From contig BQFW01000015.1 in assembly GCA_020891255.1 (NCBI GenBank), forward strand, positions 2,232,001-2,296,000: a DNA stretch of 64,000 bases, read 5' to 3'. Position 1 is the stretch's first letter; each line of letters opens with the position of its first letter. This document shows, in pieces, positions 35,501-46,937 of the stretch. The DNA is from Entomortierella parvispora E1425. Lineage: Eukaryota; Fungi; Mortierellomycota. Below the pieces are notes generated by a model. It saw only the letters and a program-made list of their open reading frames with translations, searched no databases and was not told where the DNA came from. The position numbers and the translations under genes are program-made.

Positions 35501-37142
35501 CCTCTTGCATATGGTGCCTACAATCGCCAAGGGGATCGAATCATGGATTTTAGTTTGGTGGGTTGGAATGAGGGCAACACTGACCTGCCCATCCCCGACC
35601 AGGTTCCTGTCATTGAACAGCTTTATCCCCGCGCTGAGGCCGACTCAGATTTGGATGAGGGGGATGACTATGACCGCATTCAAAGTGCCCTAGACAGAGT
35701 CTCTAAAAAGACTGCAGCTTTGGTGCAGGATGGGACGATGATTCCAACGGGGGCTTTGGTTCTCGCACGAGGTGTTTATAGGATCTCAAAGCCGCTCAAG
35801 ATTCAAAAGAGTGGACTTTTGTTCCGAGGAGATCCCATCGGTGGAACGAGGATTGTATGTCAGTGGGAACCTACCGGACCTCGTTACGCAATTGAAATCA
35901 TGTAGGTTTGCAAATGGAATGTCCTCGATGCCGAAAGGAGAGAAAAAGCACTGACCACGATTTTTTCATTACAGTGGAAAGAAGGACAAGATACTCGAAG
36001 ATACCCGAGTCCCTATTGTGACAGACTTTCTCCCAGTGGGTTCATACTTTATCTCCTTAGACCCCGCTTTTGTCCCTGAGGCCGGTCTTGAAGTCGGTGA
36101 TAAAGTGATTGTGACTCGGGTCGGCAACAAACGGTGGATTCAAGACATAGGCATGGATGACTTTGATTCTGACAAGAAGGGCGTCAAACCCTGGAAGCCG
36201 ATGAAATCTCAAATGTATCGGACCATTTTATCCTTCAACCCTCAAAGTGGTATTGCTCAAATGGATGCACCTCTGCCAATCTCGATCTCAGGACACTATG
36301 GAGGTGGATGGGTGACAAAATATCAAGACCGGAAGATCCGGGCTATAGGCGTCCAATTCTTGGACATGGTATTCCCCGGGAACATTGGCCGAACCACGGA
36401 CGAGATGCTGGACGAAAAGGGACGCGGTAGTCAGGATTATAGATTCTCGTATGAGGTCTTTGCCAATTACGCTTTGCGGGTTGACCAAGCACAGCACTTA
36501 TACATCACCCATATCACGTCAGCATTCTTTCATAATTTCATCTCTGTCGGCACAGATGTCCACCATATCACGATGGATTCCATTGTCCATTCATATCCGG
36601 ACGACATGCTCTCGGGCCAATCCGCGTTTCAACTGTCGGGACAGTTTACATTGATCCGCAACACGCTCTCTCAGGGGTCGTATCATTTCTATGTCGACAT
36701 TAGTCAAGTCATGGGACCCAATGTCGTGCATCGTTCCCAAGCTACCAATATCGGAAAACCTCATCAACCCATGCCGGTCGATTTCGCGCCTGGGGAGATT
36801 GGACCGCACTCAAAGTTCTGCGCCGGCATGTTATTTGATCAAGTCGTGACAGATGGCTCCATTCAGATTGTGGATCGGGGCGACATGGGTTCCGGGCAGG
36901 GATTTGCAGGCGCCAACTCTGTCGTTTGGAACTCGAGAGCAAGAGAGGGCATCCTGACCCACCGAGCAAGGGGGTTCCAGAACCTTGTGATTGGATCCGA
37001 AGACTTTGAAGCCAAGGATCGGATGCCGTGGCAGTCCCATGGGTGGAGGGAACATTTGGGAAGAGAGGTCCTCCCAGGATCTCTTTACCTTCACCAATTG
37101 CACGACCGCTTGAAACGACGGGCGAAAGGTTGGCTCGCGTGA
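32503..37142 (+). CDS. Large membrane-anchored protein: disordered N-terminus, signal-anchor (VMWGLALFFLVTVTTA), very acidic stalk, C-terminal pectin-lyase-like parallel beta-helix. Introns approx. 35243-35372 (acceptor uncertain) and 35902-35974; start uncertain
   Basis: The C-terminal part has NRQGDRIMDFSLVGWNEG, DDYDRIQSALD, GALVLARGVYRISKPLKIQKSGLLFRG, GQGFAGANSVVWN and PGSLYLHQL..RL, the pattern of bacterial Pectate_lyase_3-type beta-helix proteins. GTAAGT and GTAGGT donors link the three ORFs in frame. Confidence 0.65.
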
Positions 37143-37367
37143 GGATTGGCTGGTTTTTTTTTGAGAGAAGCAATTTACAAATAAACGAAACCCATATATC
37201 CCACGTTCCGAGAAATTGTGGGGGAAAAGGATGCAGCTGTTCGTGTCACCAAAGATTTGTTGGCGTGCAGGATGGGTCTGCGGCAGATCGTTGCCTATTA
37301 TTATTATTGGTTGGATGCTGTATTTTTAAGGGGGACATAAGAGAGAAGGAGTGGACGGACTTTTCTT

Positions 37368-38330
37368 CTAAGGCTCTGACAAATCCAAGGATCCAAACCA
37401 GAGGTGGAAGTCCTCGTCGATCACGGTCACCTTGTCGTTGACGAATCCAAACTTTTTGTAACCTGCGATTGCTTCTGGGTGGTAAAAGGTCGTCGAGAGA
37501 ACGATGCGCTTGAATCCACTTTGGATGGCATGCTCCTTCAACTTGGCCATCAATATCTTGCCGATCCCCAAACGACGGTAATTCGGGTGAACCGACATCC
37601 GTCTCAACTCACAATCACCCATAGAAGGGACCTCAAAAGGTGTTCCCGAGTTCATCTTCTCGTGCTTCATCCGCAAATGATCCTGGTGCGCATACAGGTC
37701 CTCGGCGCCCACACATCCCAAGATGACTTGAGGGTGAGACGCCAAGCAGGCAACCCAGAAGTGGCTGCGATCTTCAGCCTTCTTGCTCTTGATCTCCTTG
37801 GCAGCCTTGGTCTTGCTCCGGGTATCTCTTTCAGTCGATTCAATCTTCCCCTCACCCTCAGAGTTTTGACCGCTTTGGTAATAAGCCGAGATATCGGCCA
37901 TATCGTCCTTCAATTGCTCCTGGATATAAACGTCCGTGCCAGAGGTGCAGTACTTGTAAAGGCGCACCAAATAGACAACGGCCACGATCATGGTCACCAC
38001 AGCAAACAAGGCCACAAAAGATGGCTTCAAGAACCGAGCAATCATTCCTTGGACGGTTTCTGGCTGGTTCAAAGTCTCCTTCAGCACACTGAAATCGTCG
38101 AATGTGAAAGAGGAGGAGGTCGAGGTGCGGTAGGCGGTGAGAGCAAGCTCGATCAAAGTAGAGTAGATCAGGGATTGGGTGAAGATGGCGAGGACGGTGG
38201 AATAGGTCTTGGCTCGCTCTTGGAAGTAGCGTTCGCCCACGGGGGCAAAGCCCGTGAGGAGCATGGAGATGACTTGGTCATTGTCCTCTTTGGTATATGG
38301 ACGGATCAGGATGGCCGACTTGTCGATCAT
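37368..38330 (-). CDS. GNAT N-acetyltransferase, NAT8/camello-like, with two hydrophobic segments
   Basis: IRPY..ED...V..M; FWVA...ILGCVG; CELRRMSVHPNYRRLGIGKILM; FKRIVLSTT..HPEAIAGYKKFGF. Confidence 0.85.
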   Translation of the reverse strand: MIDKSAILIRPYTKEDNDQVISMLLTGFAPVGERYFQERAKTYSTVLAIFTQSLIYSTLIELALTAYRTSTSSSFTFDDFSVLKETLNQPETVQGMIARFLKPSFVALFAVVTMIVAVVYLVRLYKYCTSGTDVYIQEQLKDDMADISAYYQSGQNSEGEGKIESTERDTRSKTKAAKEIKSKKAEDRSHFWVACLASHPQVILGCVGAEDLYAHQDHLRMKHEKMNSGTPFEVPSMGDCELRRMSVHPNYRRLGIGKILMAKLKEHAIQSGFKRIVLSTTFYHPEAIAGYKKFGFVNDKVTVIDEDFHLWFGSLDLSEP

Positions 38331-38694
38331 GGTTGTGGGTATTGCGTGGTCTATCTCTGTCTGAAGGTGTTGGCTCGATCAAGATCGAACGGCGATAGAG
38401 TAAGGGTTGAGCGAGGGAGGGTAGGAAAAGGGAGAGAGAAAGAGATGAAGATAAAGAACGAAGAGAAGGTGTTGTGTTTTATGGAAAGAAGGAGCAGCAA
38501 ACAAAAAAAAAAAAAAAAAGAGGCCGATCATTGCCAGATGCAGGTCGGTCTGCGGGTGGCTTTGATTTCGACCTCCGCAGCTTGCTGTCCATGGGATGTC
38601 TGTCTGTCGTCGGTCTGTATGCACCGCAGGGCTGACTGATCACTGCTCGCGATCAACCCATTCCCCAACGCCCACCCCTTACTCCCAAAGTCCA

Positions 38695-39250
38695 ATGAAG
38701 GTCCCGCCATCCATCCCACCTTCCCTCTCCAGGGCCGCAAAACGACTTAATCAGGATGGACCTAACCTTGAATACGCAAGTGAAATGTTCATTCTCTTCA
38801 TGCTGCACTCTTCTGATCAGCTGATCTAACTTCGGCAATTCTGCATTTCCGGACAATGTACTTTGTTTCGTTTGTCTCTCTAGTTCTTGACTCGCGCCAG
38901 GGTAATCTCTCTCTACCGCGAAATCCAACGTTCGCTCAAGAGTGTCAAGGATCCACGGGACCGGAAAGAGCTTCATGATTGGGCTCGGGCCGACTTTGAG
39001 CACTACCGGCACGAGAAAAACCCTGTAAGGAAGCAGCGACCAACCGGTTAAATTCTTTCATGAATCGTGCCTCACAGAGAAACATCTTGCTAAACCTTCC
39101 CTACCTTGCCTCTTCCATTCCTTCTTTCTTTCTTTGTGTTTCTAGGACAAGATCAAATCATTGATCTCTCAAGGAAAACACCAGTTCCACGCTCTGCAGA
39201 CCAACCTTTCTCTCTCTTCAGGCGTTGCCACCAAGAATGGAAAGAAATAG
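38695..39250 (+). CDS. LYRM2: LYR-motif (Complex1_LYR) protein, LYRM2-like, about 109 aa. Exons 38695-38775, 38884-39024, 39146-39250; not seen as an ORF in the track
   Basis: The spliced product reads PNLEY|FLTRARVISLYREIQRSL..RKELHDWARADFEHYRHEKNP|DKIKSLISQGKHQF. It requires a GCAAGT (GC-AG) donor for intron 1. Confidence 0.8.
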
Positions 39251-39452
39251 ACATCACCTTCATACCCACATTCAGCATTTTTCGCAAGATCGCCGCGGTT
39301 CCTCTCCTGTATATTAAACAAAGTCTCCACTGCACAATATTGGTGGTCGTCAAAGAGCTTTTATTAAGAGTATTGTTACAAAGGGGGGGAATGTTCAAAA
39401 ATTGTACATCTACGTGAAAGTTTGGAGGATGGGTCGGTTGTTCACTTGACCC

Positions 39453-40508
39453 TTATTCTCCTCGGTAAACAACCACATTCTTGTCCGTCTCGTGGATTTT
39501 GACCTCGTACAGTTCATAAGTGTCTGATGGGGGAAGATGAAGGTTGATGTTCTCCCACAGGAATACGGCCAAGTTCTCGGTTGTGCTGGATGAAGACGAA
39601 AAAAAAAGATGTTGATTGCGTTAGTGAGCCGAATGAGGGTGAGGGGAGAAAAAATAATCAAAATATCCGTAACAGGCTATATTGCGACCCTTTTTTTTTG
39701 ACGACTTGGATCGCCCATTTACCTTGGTGTAGACTTGAAGTACGGCACATCGATGTCCTGGAAGATCGGAGAAAACATGAACGAGAGCATGAGTAAGATA
39801 ATTCCTTTAGTAGAACCGGAATCATGGCAAAACAAAATCCGATCCGGACTGGCTTCCAATGTTGGTTCTGTGATGAGCCCTTTCCCTTTCCGCTCCTGAA
39901 TCGCTGTAGATCCATAGTCCTATTTCTCCTTACCAAGTTACGGTGGTCACAGGGGTCCATTACTGCAGCATGCAGTGTCTTCTTCAAGTCCGTAATGTTG
40001 ATCACCATGCCGGATTGAGGGTTGATCTGTAACATAAAAGTAAAAAGGCGGAAGAGCCGAAGACGGAAATGAAATTTGTCAGCTTGGGAAAAAAAACAAA
40101 TCCTTCTATGAGAACACAAAAAAGCAGTGTAGCGCCCTCGTGTGAACATCTTCCAAGTTCAATTTACCTGTCCTTTTATCGTTACTTCGACTGGTGGTGA
40201 GAATAACAAAGTGAAAAAAGGGGGGTAGGTTAGCTTGTCTGAAAATCAGAGGATTCCTTGCCCCGAAGCAAAAAGCTGTGGACATGGCACAAAAGCTCGC
40301 CCAATGTGAAGTCAGGTGCAATTGTGCAATTCGGTCATTGTCGGCTCGCACCTTTGTAGTTGTGGCCATGTCCTGAAGTGTGGTTGCATTTGCCAAAGAG
40401 AGCAATGTTCTCTGCCGCACTTAGGTGCACAGAGTTGAGTCTGTGGGCAGCCGAGAAGTGCTCAATCCTGGTAACATATGCAGTTCTGATGGGAGTGGCG
40501 GTAGTCAT
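39453..40508 (-). CDS. PTS: 6-pyruvoyl-tetrahydropterin synthase (BH4 pathway), 5 exons
   Basis: Spliced: [30 protein letters not shown]|VEVTIKGQ|[20 protein letters not shown]|[12 protein letters not shown]|[28 protein letters not shown]. Catalytic Cys, Zn-binding His residues and the terminal Glu are present. Confidence 0.92.
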
Positions 40509-40954
40509 TGTGAATTGTTCCTGTAACTAGTTGAATAGTTTTCTGGATGCAAGGCAAGGATGCAGGACAATGACAGTCGCGTGCGGGTGAAGTGGAGAGG
40601 GAGAAGGGATTACAAGGAGAAAAGGAAAAAAGTGATCTGCGGAGTTGTTGGGCGCAAGTCTCCCACGGTTGCCCTTGATCGACCTTCAGGAGAGTCAACA
40701 GACTGCGACCACACAAGCCACCGTTGAGGTCGTTTTTTGCTTGTTGGCGACAATGCCTGCAGTCTCGCATCGCCCTGCAACCTTTTTCGCGTCAACCTCA
40801 TTCGATCGCCTCTCATTTCAGCACCTGCCGCACCCGACTCCTCGAACTCAAGCAACGTTAACACGCGACTACGACCCTTATCTTCTGCTCTTTGGTGCTA
40901 CCCCCCCCCCCCGTTCCATTCTCATACTCTGTCCGACAATTCATCTAAAGGACC

Positions 40955-42177
40955 ATGACAGAACCAGAAGCGACTGACGAAACCACCTACCTGAGCAATG
41001 CTCCTGACGAAATTGAGGCACAATTCCGAGATGAGAATGCCATGGACATAGAGCCATTGGACGATTCAGAATCTCAGAGCCAGGATTTTGAATGGGTCGA
41101 GGAATCTGAATATATCATTCTTGACTTTGGTGGCGCAGGAATGGTGGGAAAGGACATGATAGACCATGCAAAGGCAGGATATAGTCTTGTTGTAAGTTGC
41201 TCTTGAACCCTCTCACCTAGCCTTTGATTAATGTTCAGTCACCTTCGCTGTCATCCTGATTGTTCTGATAGATATGATCTGACTTTTTTTTTTTTTTTTT
41301 TTTTTTTGGGTGGACAGGGTATGCATACACCCAGTCCATACTTCAGGGCAGGTGGTCGTATCTTCCGAGGCTTTTATGACGAGAACGCATTTACGGAGGA
41401 CATGTTGTTTGATATGACAGGTAACGACAAATATGTAGTGGTTGCTACAATCTACTCGCCGTTGATAGTGCACACCATACTGACACTCTACATGCAATGC
41501 TTTATTTGTCTTTATTTGTCAAAATAGCTCGCAAACTACCAACAACAGAAGGAGATGCTGAAAAGACAGGAGAGGAGTTAGAAGAGGATGATATCGAAGA
41601 AGTCTATTCTGAGGGTCTGGATCTAGTCGGAATTGTTACCAAACGCGTCATCTTTGAACCCGTTGACTTACTACCCAGACTGGAGAATGAGCCGATCTTG
41701 GCCGAAGGTCAAGATCCAGATGAGCCACAAATATTCAACCCAACACCTGATGATGACGATGATGAAGAAGAGCGTGGAGAAAGGGAACATGGATTGGTTA
41801 GTATTAAGAGAGCGGCCATGTACGCAGCAGGCGTGAAGAAGGTTTCCAGTGTCGCTGCTAAACCGTCGACAGCGAGGGGTGCAAAACAGGCCAGTCAAAA
41901 AGGAAAAGCGACATCATCAAAGCTCAGTCTGTTGCAGTCGACTGCACCAGACGCTGTTGCACAAAAGATCGCGGCAACACGACCAAGGAAGAAGGCTATA
42001 GAGGCTACGGGATCTTCATCATCCGCCACAGACACCATGGAAACCTCATTATCAATCTCAGTGTTGGAATCTCTTCCAGACCGGATATTAGACACACAAA
42101 CAATGGGAGAACCTGTTACTTCGTCAAGTCGTAGCAAAAATGCCCAAACTCCTGACAACGACATGGATCTTTCGTAA
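40955..42177 (+). CDS. TFIIIC subunit with triple-barrel domain (GTF3C6/Tfc7-like); 3 exons
   Basis: EEYIILDF-type strand, then GMHTPSPYFRAGGRIFRGFYD..EDMLF, then LVGIVTKRVIF. GT-AG introns near 41192-41317 and 41421-41527 keep frame. Confidence 0.65.
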
Positions 42178-42448
42178 TAGACCTATTAAAGTTGGAATAA
42201 AAATTAAAAATTATTAAAAAAACAAGGTGACTGCAGCAGGTTTGACACTTTAGTGACTCGAGACAGCTTTTTTTTTTTTTTTTTTTTGTGGTCTTGGTCC
42301 ATGAAGTGACTGAGGAGGAAGAGGAAGAAGTGTGACCTCACTGTGACCCCACACATCTCTGAGACTCTCACTGTTCGTCAGTATAAGTAATCTGGCACCT
42401 CCACACTTTTACTTTACCCCACCTCATCCTCCGAAAACAACACCCACA

Positions 42449-43678
42449 ATGAAGACACCTACAATTGTATCAGCTCTAGCTACCCTTGCTATTGCATCTC
42501 TACCACTCACCGAAGCAAGAAGAGGATTTCATGAACCTCTCAACAACCACAACAACTTTATTGTTGCCCATGGATGGGGGCCTGAGCGCTGGGGTAAGTG
42601 GGCTCTACCATATTCTGCGTCCGCCTCAGTCAGTAGAGAATCCAAGACAGGATGCTGATGCTGACATTACTCTTTATGATGCCATGGCGCGATTGTCCTT
42701 GTTGCACCCTTAGGCTGCGCTTTCACTCGAACCCAAGTGCATGGTAAGATGACCAGATTCACTTCTAGTTTAGTTGATAAACGAAATCAGTTCTGGGATC
42801 GGAGGGGGGGTTTTTTTTTTTGAAAAGACGCTAATGCTTACACAACAACCCTCTTGTCTCTCCACGAACCGTGAACTCTCAAAGAAACCGGAGCCGGTAC
42901 ACAAATTACGATCGGCAAAGATTCAGACCTCAAGCCCTACTCCTGCGGAGAGCTGATCTACCGCGAAGAGGGACTGGGTTACGGGTTTTACTCGATCGAC
43001 ATGATTGCCTCGAACGTGGTCGGACAAGTCACGTCCTTCTTTTTGATCGCCAATGGAGATACAGAGATTGATATTGAACTCACTGGACTTAACAACAAGG
43101 TTGGGTGGATGAACATTTGGCACGATCGTAAACAAAACCCAGTGGTGATTGGTCTTCCCTTTGACGCCTCCCAAGACTGGCACAACTATCAATTCGAATG
43201 GCGAGAGGACTATATCGCCTGGTCGGTTGATGGAAAGGTGGTCTTGAACCGCACAGACATCCCGACGACCCCACCCCACAAGGCTAACTACAAGTTGGCG
43301 ATCAACTCGTGGACCCAGGTTCAAAAGGAGGAAAAGATTGCGTGGGCCGGCAAATTCGAGTACCCGACCGACGGAAAGATCCCGCAAGCGCAGTTTAGGA
43401 ATATGAAGTTCCTACCCGCCACCGCCACTCAATCGGCCAAGGAAATGGAGATGCGCGCAGGTGGGAAGGCTGAAAGCGGTAACAGAACTCGGGTTGCGTT
43501 TGAAGATGATGGTCAAGATGTGGATAATATGTCGGAGGGACCAGCAAAGAAGCAAGTCAAGGCACCTCTAGGTGAAGAACCCAAGAAGAAAAAGTCTGCG
43601 GCCAAGAAAACATCCGAGAGCAACGGAGCGCTGGCCAGCCTGGCCTTCACGTTCGCGGCCGCTGTCGCCTTCATTTAA
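42449..43678 (+). CDS. GH16 glycoside hydrolase (lichenase/Crh-type EXDXE), copy 1, with acidic tail and hydrophobic GPI-like end. Exons 42449-42593, 42714-42743, 42885-43678
   Basis: Signal peptide; GYGFYSIDMI..VGQVTSFFL; TEIDIELTG; PFDASQDWHNYQFEW..DYIAWSVDG. Confidence 0.88.
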
Positions 43679-43723
43679 AAGAGCCTGGCCTTTACATTCG
43701 CGGCCGCTGTCGCCTTCCTTTAA
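43636..43723 (+). repeat. 45-nt tandem duplication of the last GH16-1 codons, including the stop
   Basis: AGCCTGGCCTTCACGTTCGCGGCCGCTGTCGCCTTCATTTAA recurs as AGCCTGGCCTTTACATTCGCGGCCGCTGTCGCCTTCCTTTAA. Confidence 0.9.
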
Positions 43724-44533
43724 GAGAGATGAACAACAACAGCAACAACAGCAGCCAGATATCGCTACCACCTAATTGTATATATTGTCAACCATAATTA
43801 AAGCGATATACTGCTTCTACTGTGCTACATGCTCAAAGGTTGAGAAAGAAAAAAAAAGTTTCAAACACGCCACCAACCTCGACTGTTGGTGTCTGAGCTT
43901 CTGGGCAAGTCTCGCCAGTGTTGGTGGCGTCTGGTGTGATTGGTGGTGTTGCAGATGGCGTCTGAGTGGCTATGTGGAAAAACAGGGTTTGATTAGCCCA
44001 CAGGCAATTGGGACCTGACTGTTGCGCCCCTGAATGCCCTGATTCACGGAGTTAAAGACGCGGCGCGGGTACCTGTAGTTGCCAGCTTGTTCGCCATGGC
44101 GATACAAATGACCTCGCGGGCCTTAATTAATCGCCATCCTCTCAACGGTCGCAGAGATAATTAGGGTCCTGCTCCTGGGCGATCTTATTTGTTGCAGCGG
44201 CTAAACTGGATATGAAGGAACGGTTTTGTTAGAAACTCTGTGTTCAGGAACAAACAATAACGGTCCAGCAAGATGACTGAGATTGTCAGGCTCTACAAAA
44301 TGAGTGGACAGGGGTCATCACGCCCAAAGTCAGGCCCCATCTTGTCGGTTTTCTCGTCCTTCTAGCCCTTCTCGTGCTCTCTCCGCTGTCGGGGAGAAGA
44401 GAAAGAAAAAAAAGACAATAAAAGGAGGAGCTTCTTGACGAGCCCCCGACTTTTTTACCCTACACTCACTCATTTCTGCCACCCACTCGCCCGCACTCCA
44501 CCTCTTTGTTCTCGAAATCCAACAACACACGCC

Positions 44534-45352
44534 ATGAAGATCCCAACTTTTTCAGCAACCATGGCTGGTCTCGTCACCATGTCCTCAGTTCTCCTCCAGG
44601 CTACCTCTGTTGAGGGCGCCAACGCCTTCAACGAGTCCTTGACTAACAGCAACAACTTTGTTATTGCCAACAATTTTGGCCCTTCGGGTAAGACAGACTT
44701 TGATGATCTCCTATCCATGTTTCCACAAGGTCATCAAGATAGATCTCTGACAATGTCTCCTGCACTCTTCTCCTCTCTCTATACAGGCAGTCCTTATACC
44801 ACCTCTCAAGTCCACACCGGTCCCGACGGCGCTTCATTGACCATTGGCAAAAACTCCCAGTCCACATCCTTCACTGGAGGCGAGCTCATCTACACTCCCG
44901 ACCATCTCGGCTACGGCACATACTCTGTGGACATGATGGGCTCTGACATTGTAGGACAAGTCACCGGCTTCTACCTCATCTCGACCGCGGACGGCTCTGA
45001 GATTGACGTCGAGTTGACTGGTTTGAACAGCACGCGCGCTTGGTTGAATGTTTGGCACGACCATCAACAATCTCCTGTCCCCATTGACTTGGATTTTGAT
45101 GTCTCCAAGGCCTGGCACCGGTACGAGATCAATTGGCAGCAGAACTCCCTTACCTGGTCCATTGATGGAAAGGTGGTGTTGACGCGTACGGATTTGCTGC
45201 TCAAGGCACCCGCGCAGGCCAACTACAAGTTGGCGCTCAACTCCTGGGTCAACATCCAGAAGGAGACGGGCCCGGGCTGGGCCGGTGTCTTCAAGTACCC
45301 TACAGGACAGATCCCCACTTCCCGCTTCAGGAACTTGCAGTTCACGCCCTAG
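44534..45352 (+). CDS. GH16 glycoside hydrolase, copy 2 (intron 44688-44786)
   Basis: Signal peptide; GYGTYSVDM; SEIDVELTG; FDVSKAWHRYEINW..WSIDG. The intron is at the same position as in the paralogues. Confidence 0.88.
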   Translation: MKIPTFSATMAGLVTMSSVLLQATSVEGANAFNESLTNSNNFVIANNFGPSGKTDFDDLLSMFPQGHQDRSLTMSPALFSSLYTGSPYTTSQVHTGPDGASLTIGKNSQSTSFTGGELIYTPDHLGYGTYSVDMMGSDIVGQVTGFYLISTADGSEIDVELTGLNSTRAWLNVWHDHQQSPVPIDLDFDVSKAWHRYEINWQQNSLTWSIDGKVVLTRTDLLLKAPAQANYKLALNSWVNIQKETGPGWAGVFKYPTGQIPTSRFRNLQFTP

Positions 45353-45804
45353 AGTTAAAGACTCAGTCGAGAGGGAGGAGAGGAGAGGTCCTGTCGAGGC
45401 CAGTTAGTCTATAGATCAATAATGTACAACAATTAATACAAAAAGAGTCCAAACACTCGGGGCTCACCCACAATATGCTCCACTAGATCAAACATTCCAA
45501 AGGTCGCTGACCATCAACGTCAACTAGCAAAGGATCGACGGACGGTGCAAGAGATCTCATCCGTGTCCACGATCAGCAGTTTATTCCATTGTCTGTCTAT
45601 CTGTGTCACATAATTTTTCCAACAGGCCTGTGGACATTGTGCAGTGCAGACTGTCAGCAGGAACAACGGACAGAGGTTCTCTTTCCTGATGTTTGTTTGT
45701 CCTCTTTCACTTTTCATCACTTCTCTTTTGTTTTATATCCACGCTAAGTTAATAGTCTTTCTATCCATACCCAAAAAACATACCCAGAAAGAAAGAAAGA
45801 AAAA

Positions 45805-46937
45805 ATGAAGACATCCCCATTCTCATCCAAGTTGCTCAGCATCTGTGCCGCGACAGCCATACTCTTTCAGCAATTGCCCGCCACAGTGGAAGCCAGGAAA
45901 GGATTCCATGAATCCTTGACCAGCCTTGACAACTTTGTGATCGCACATGCCTGGGGACCCGCGCGGTGGGGTAAAAAAGCCAAATCTATCTGCTGGGCAT
46001 CGCCCGCCCCTTGATTTCATTGTGGGCAATACTTTATGATATTTTTCTAAGACTTTTTTTTTTCTTCTTTCTTTCCAAAACATGTTTAGGCAGCGCCTAC
46101 AACAAATCCAGAGTCGCTACAACCCCCTACGGTACTGAAATCAGCATCAGCGATGATTCGCTATTGAAGCCCTTTTCTTGCGGTGAAATCATTCATCGTG
46201 AAGAACATCTCGGTTACGGCTACTATTCTCTGGACATCATCGCATCACCGGTTGTGGGTCAAGTCACTGGGTTCTTTCTCATCGCAGCCAAGGATCCTGC
46301 ACAGTCCGAGCTTGATGTGGAGCTCACTGGACTGAACAACGGCCTGGCTTGGATGACTGTTTGGTACAATCATAACTCAAAGCCCACCTCAATTGCTGTG
46401 CCCTTTGACACATCCAAGGATTGGCACAATTATATGATGGAGTGGCGGAGGGACTACATCGCCTGGTACATTGATGGAAAGGTCGTGTTGAATCGAACAG
46501 ATATCGAGGTCACTCCCCCCAACAAGGTCAACTACCGACTCGCCATCAATAGCTGGGCCCAGGTGCGTGAAGAGACCAACCTGGCTTGGGCAGGCACGTT
46601 CAAACTCCCAGAGGCAGGGACAGCAGGACTGAGTCAGGCACCGGTGTCAAAGTTCCGTAATTTGAAATATAGGCCCGCAAGTCCGAGTCAATTCCATCGC
46701 AAGTCCGCCACTTCGCAAGGTCATGGCGCCTCACAGGGAGCAATCAGTGACGCACTGGACATGTCGTCCATTGCCTTTGAGGATGACGGCGATGATATAG
46801 AGAACGATGGAACCAGTCTCTCTACTTCAAGCAGGATAAAGCACAACAAAAATGCTGGTGGACCAAAGCGGCTGCAGAGCTCTTATGTAGTCGGTGTCGA
46901 GGGCGTGGAAGGAGTAGGCATTGCCCAGCAGTGGTAA
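45805..46937 (+). CDS. GH16 glycoside hydrolase, copy 3 (intron 45971-46089), with C-terminal tail
   Basis: Signal peptide; GYGYYSLD; SELDVELTG; PFDTSKDWHNY.MEW..YIAWYIDG. Confidence 0.88.

Noticed and set aside
37404-38639. 411-aa + strand ORF
   Set aside because: Antisense to the GNAT and running into its promoter; no domain.
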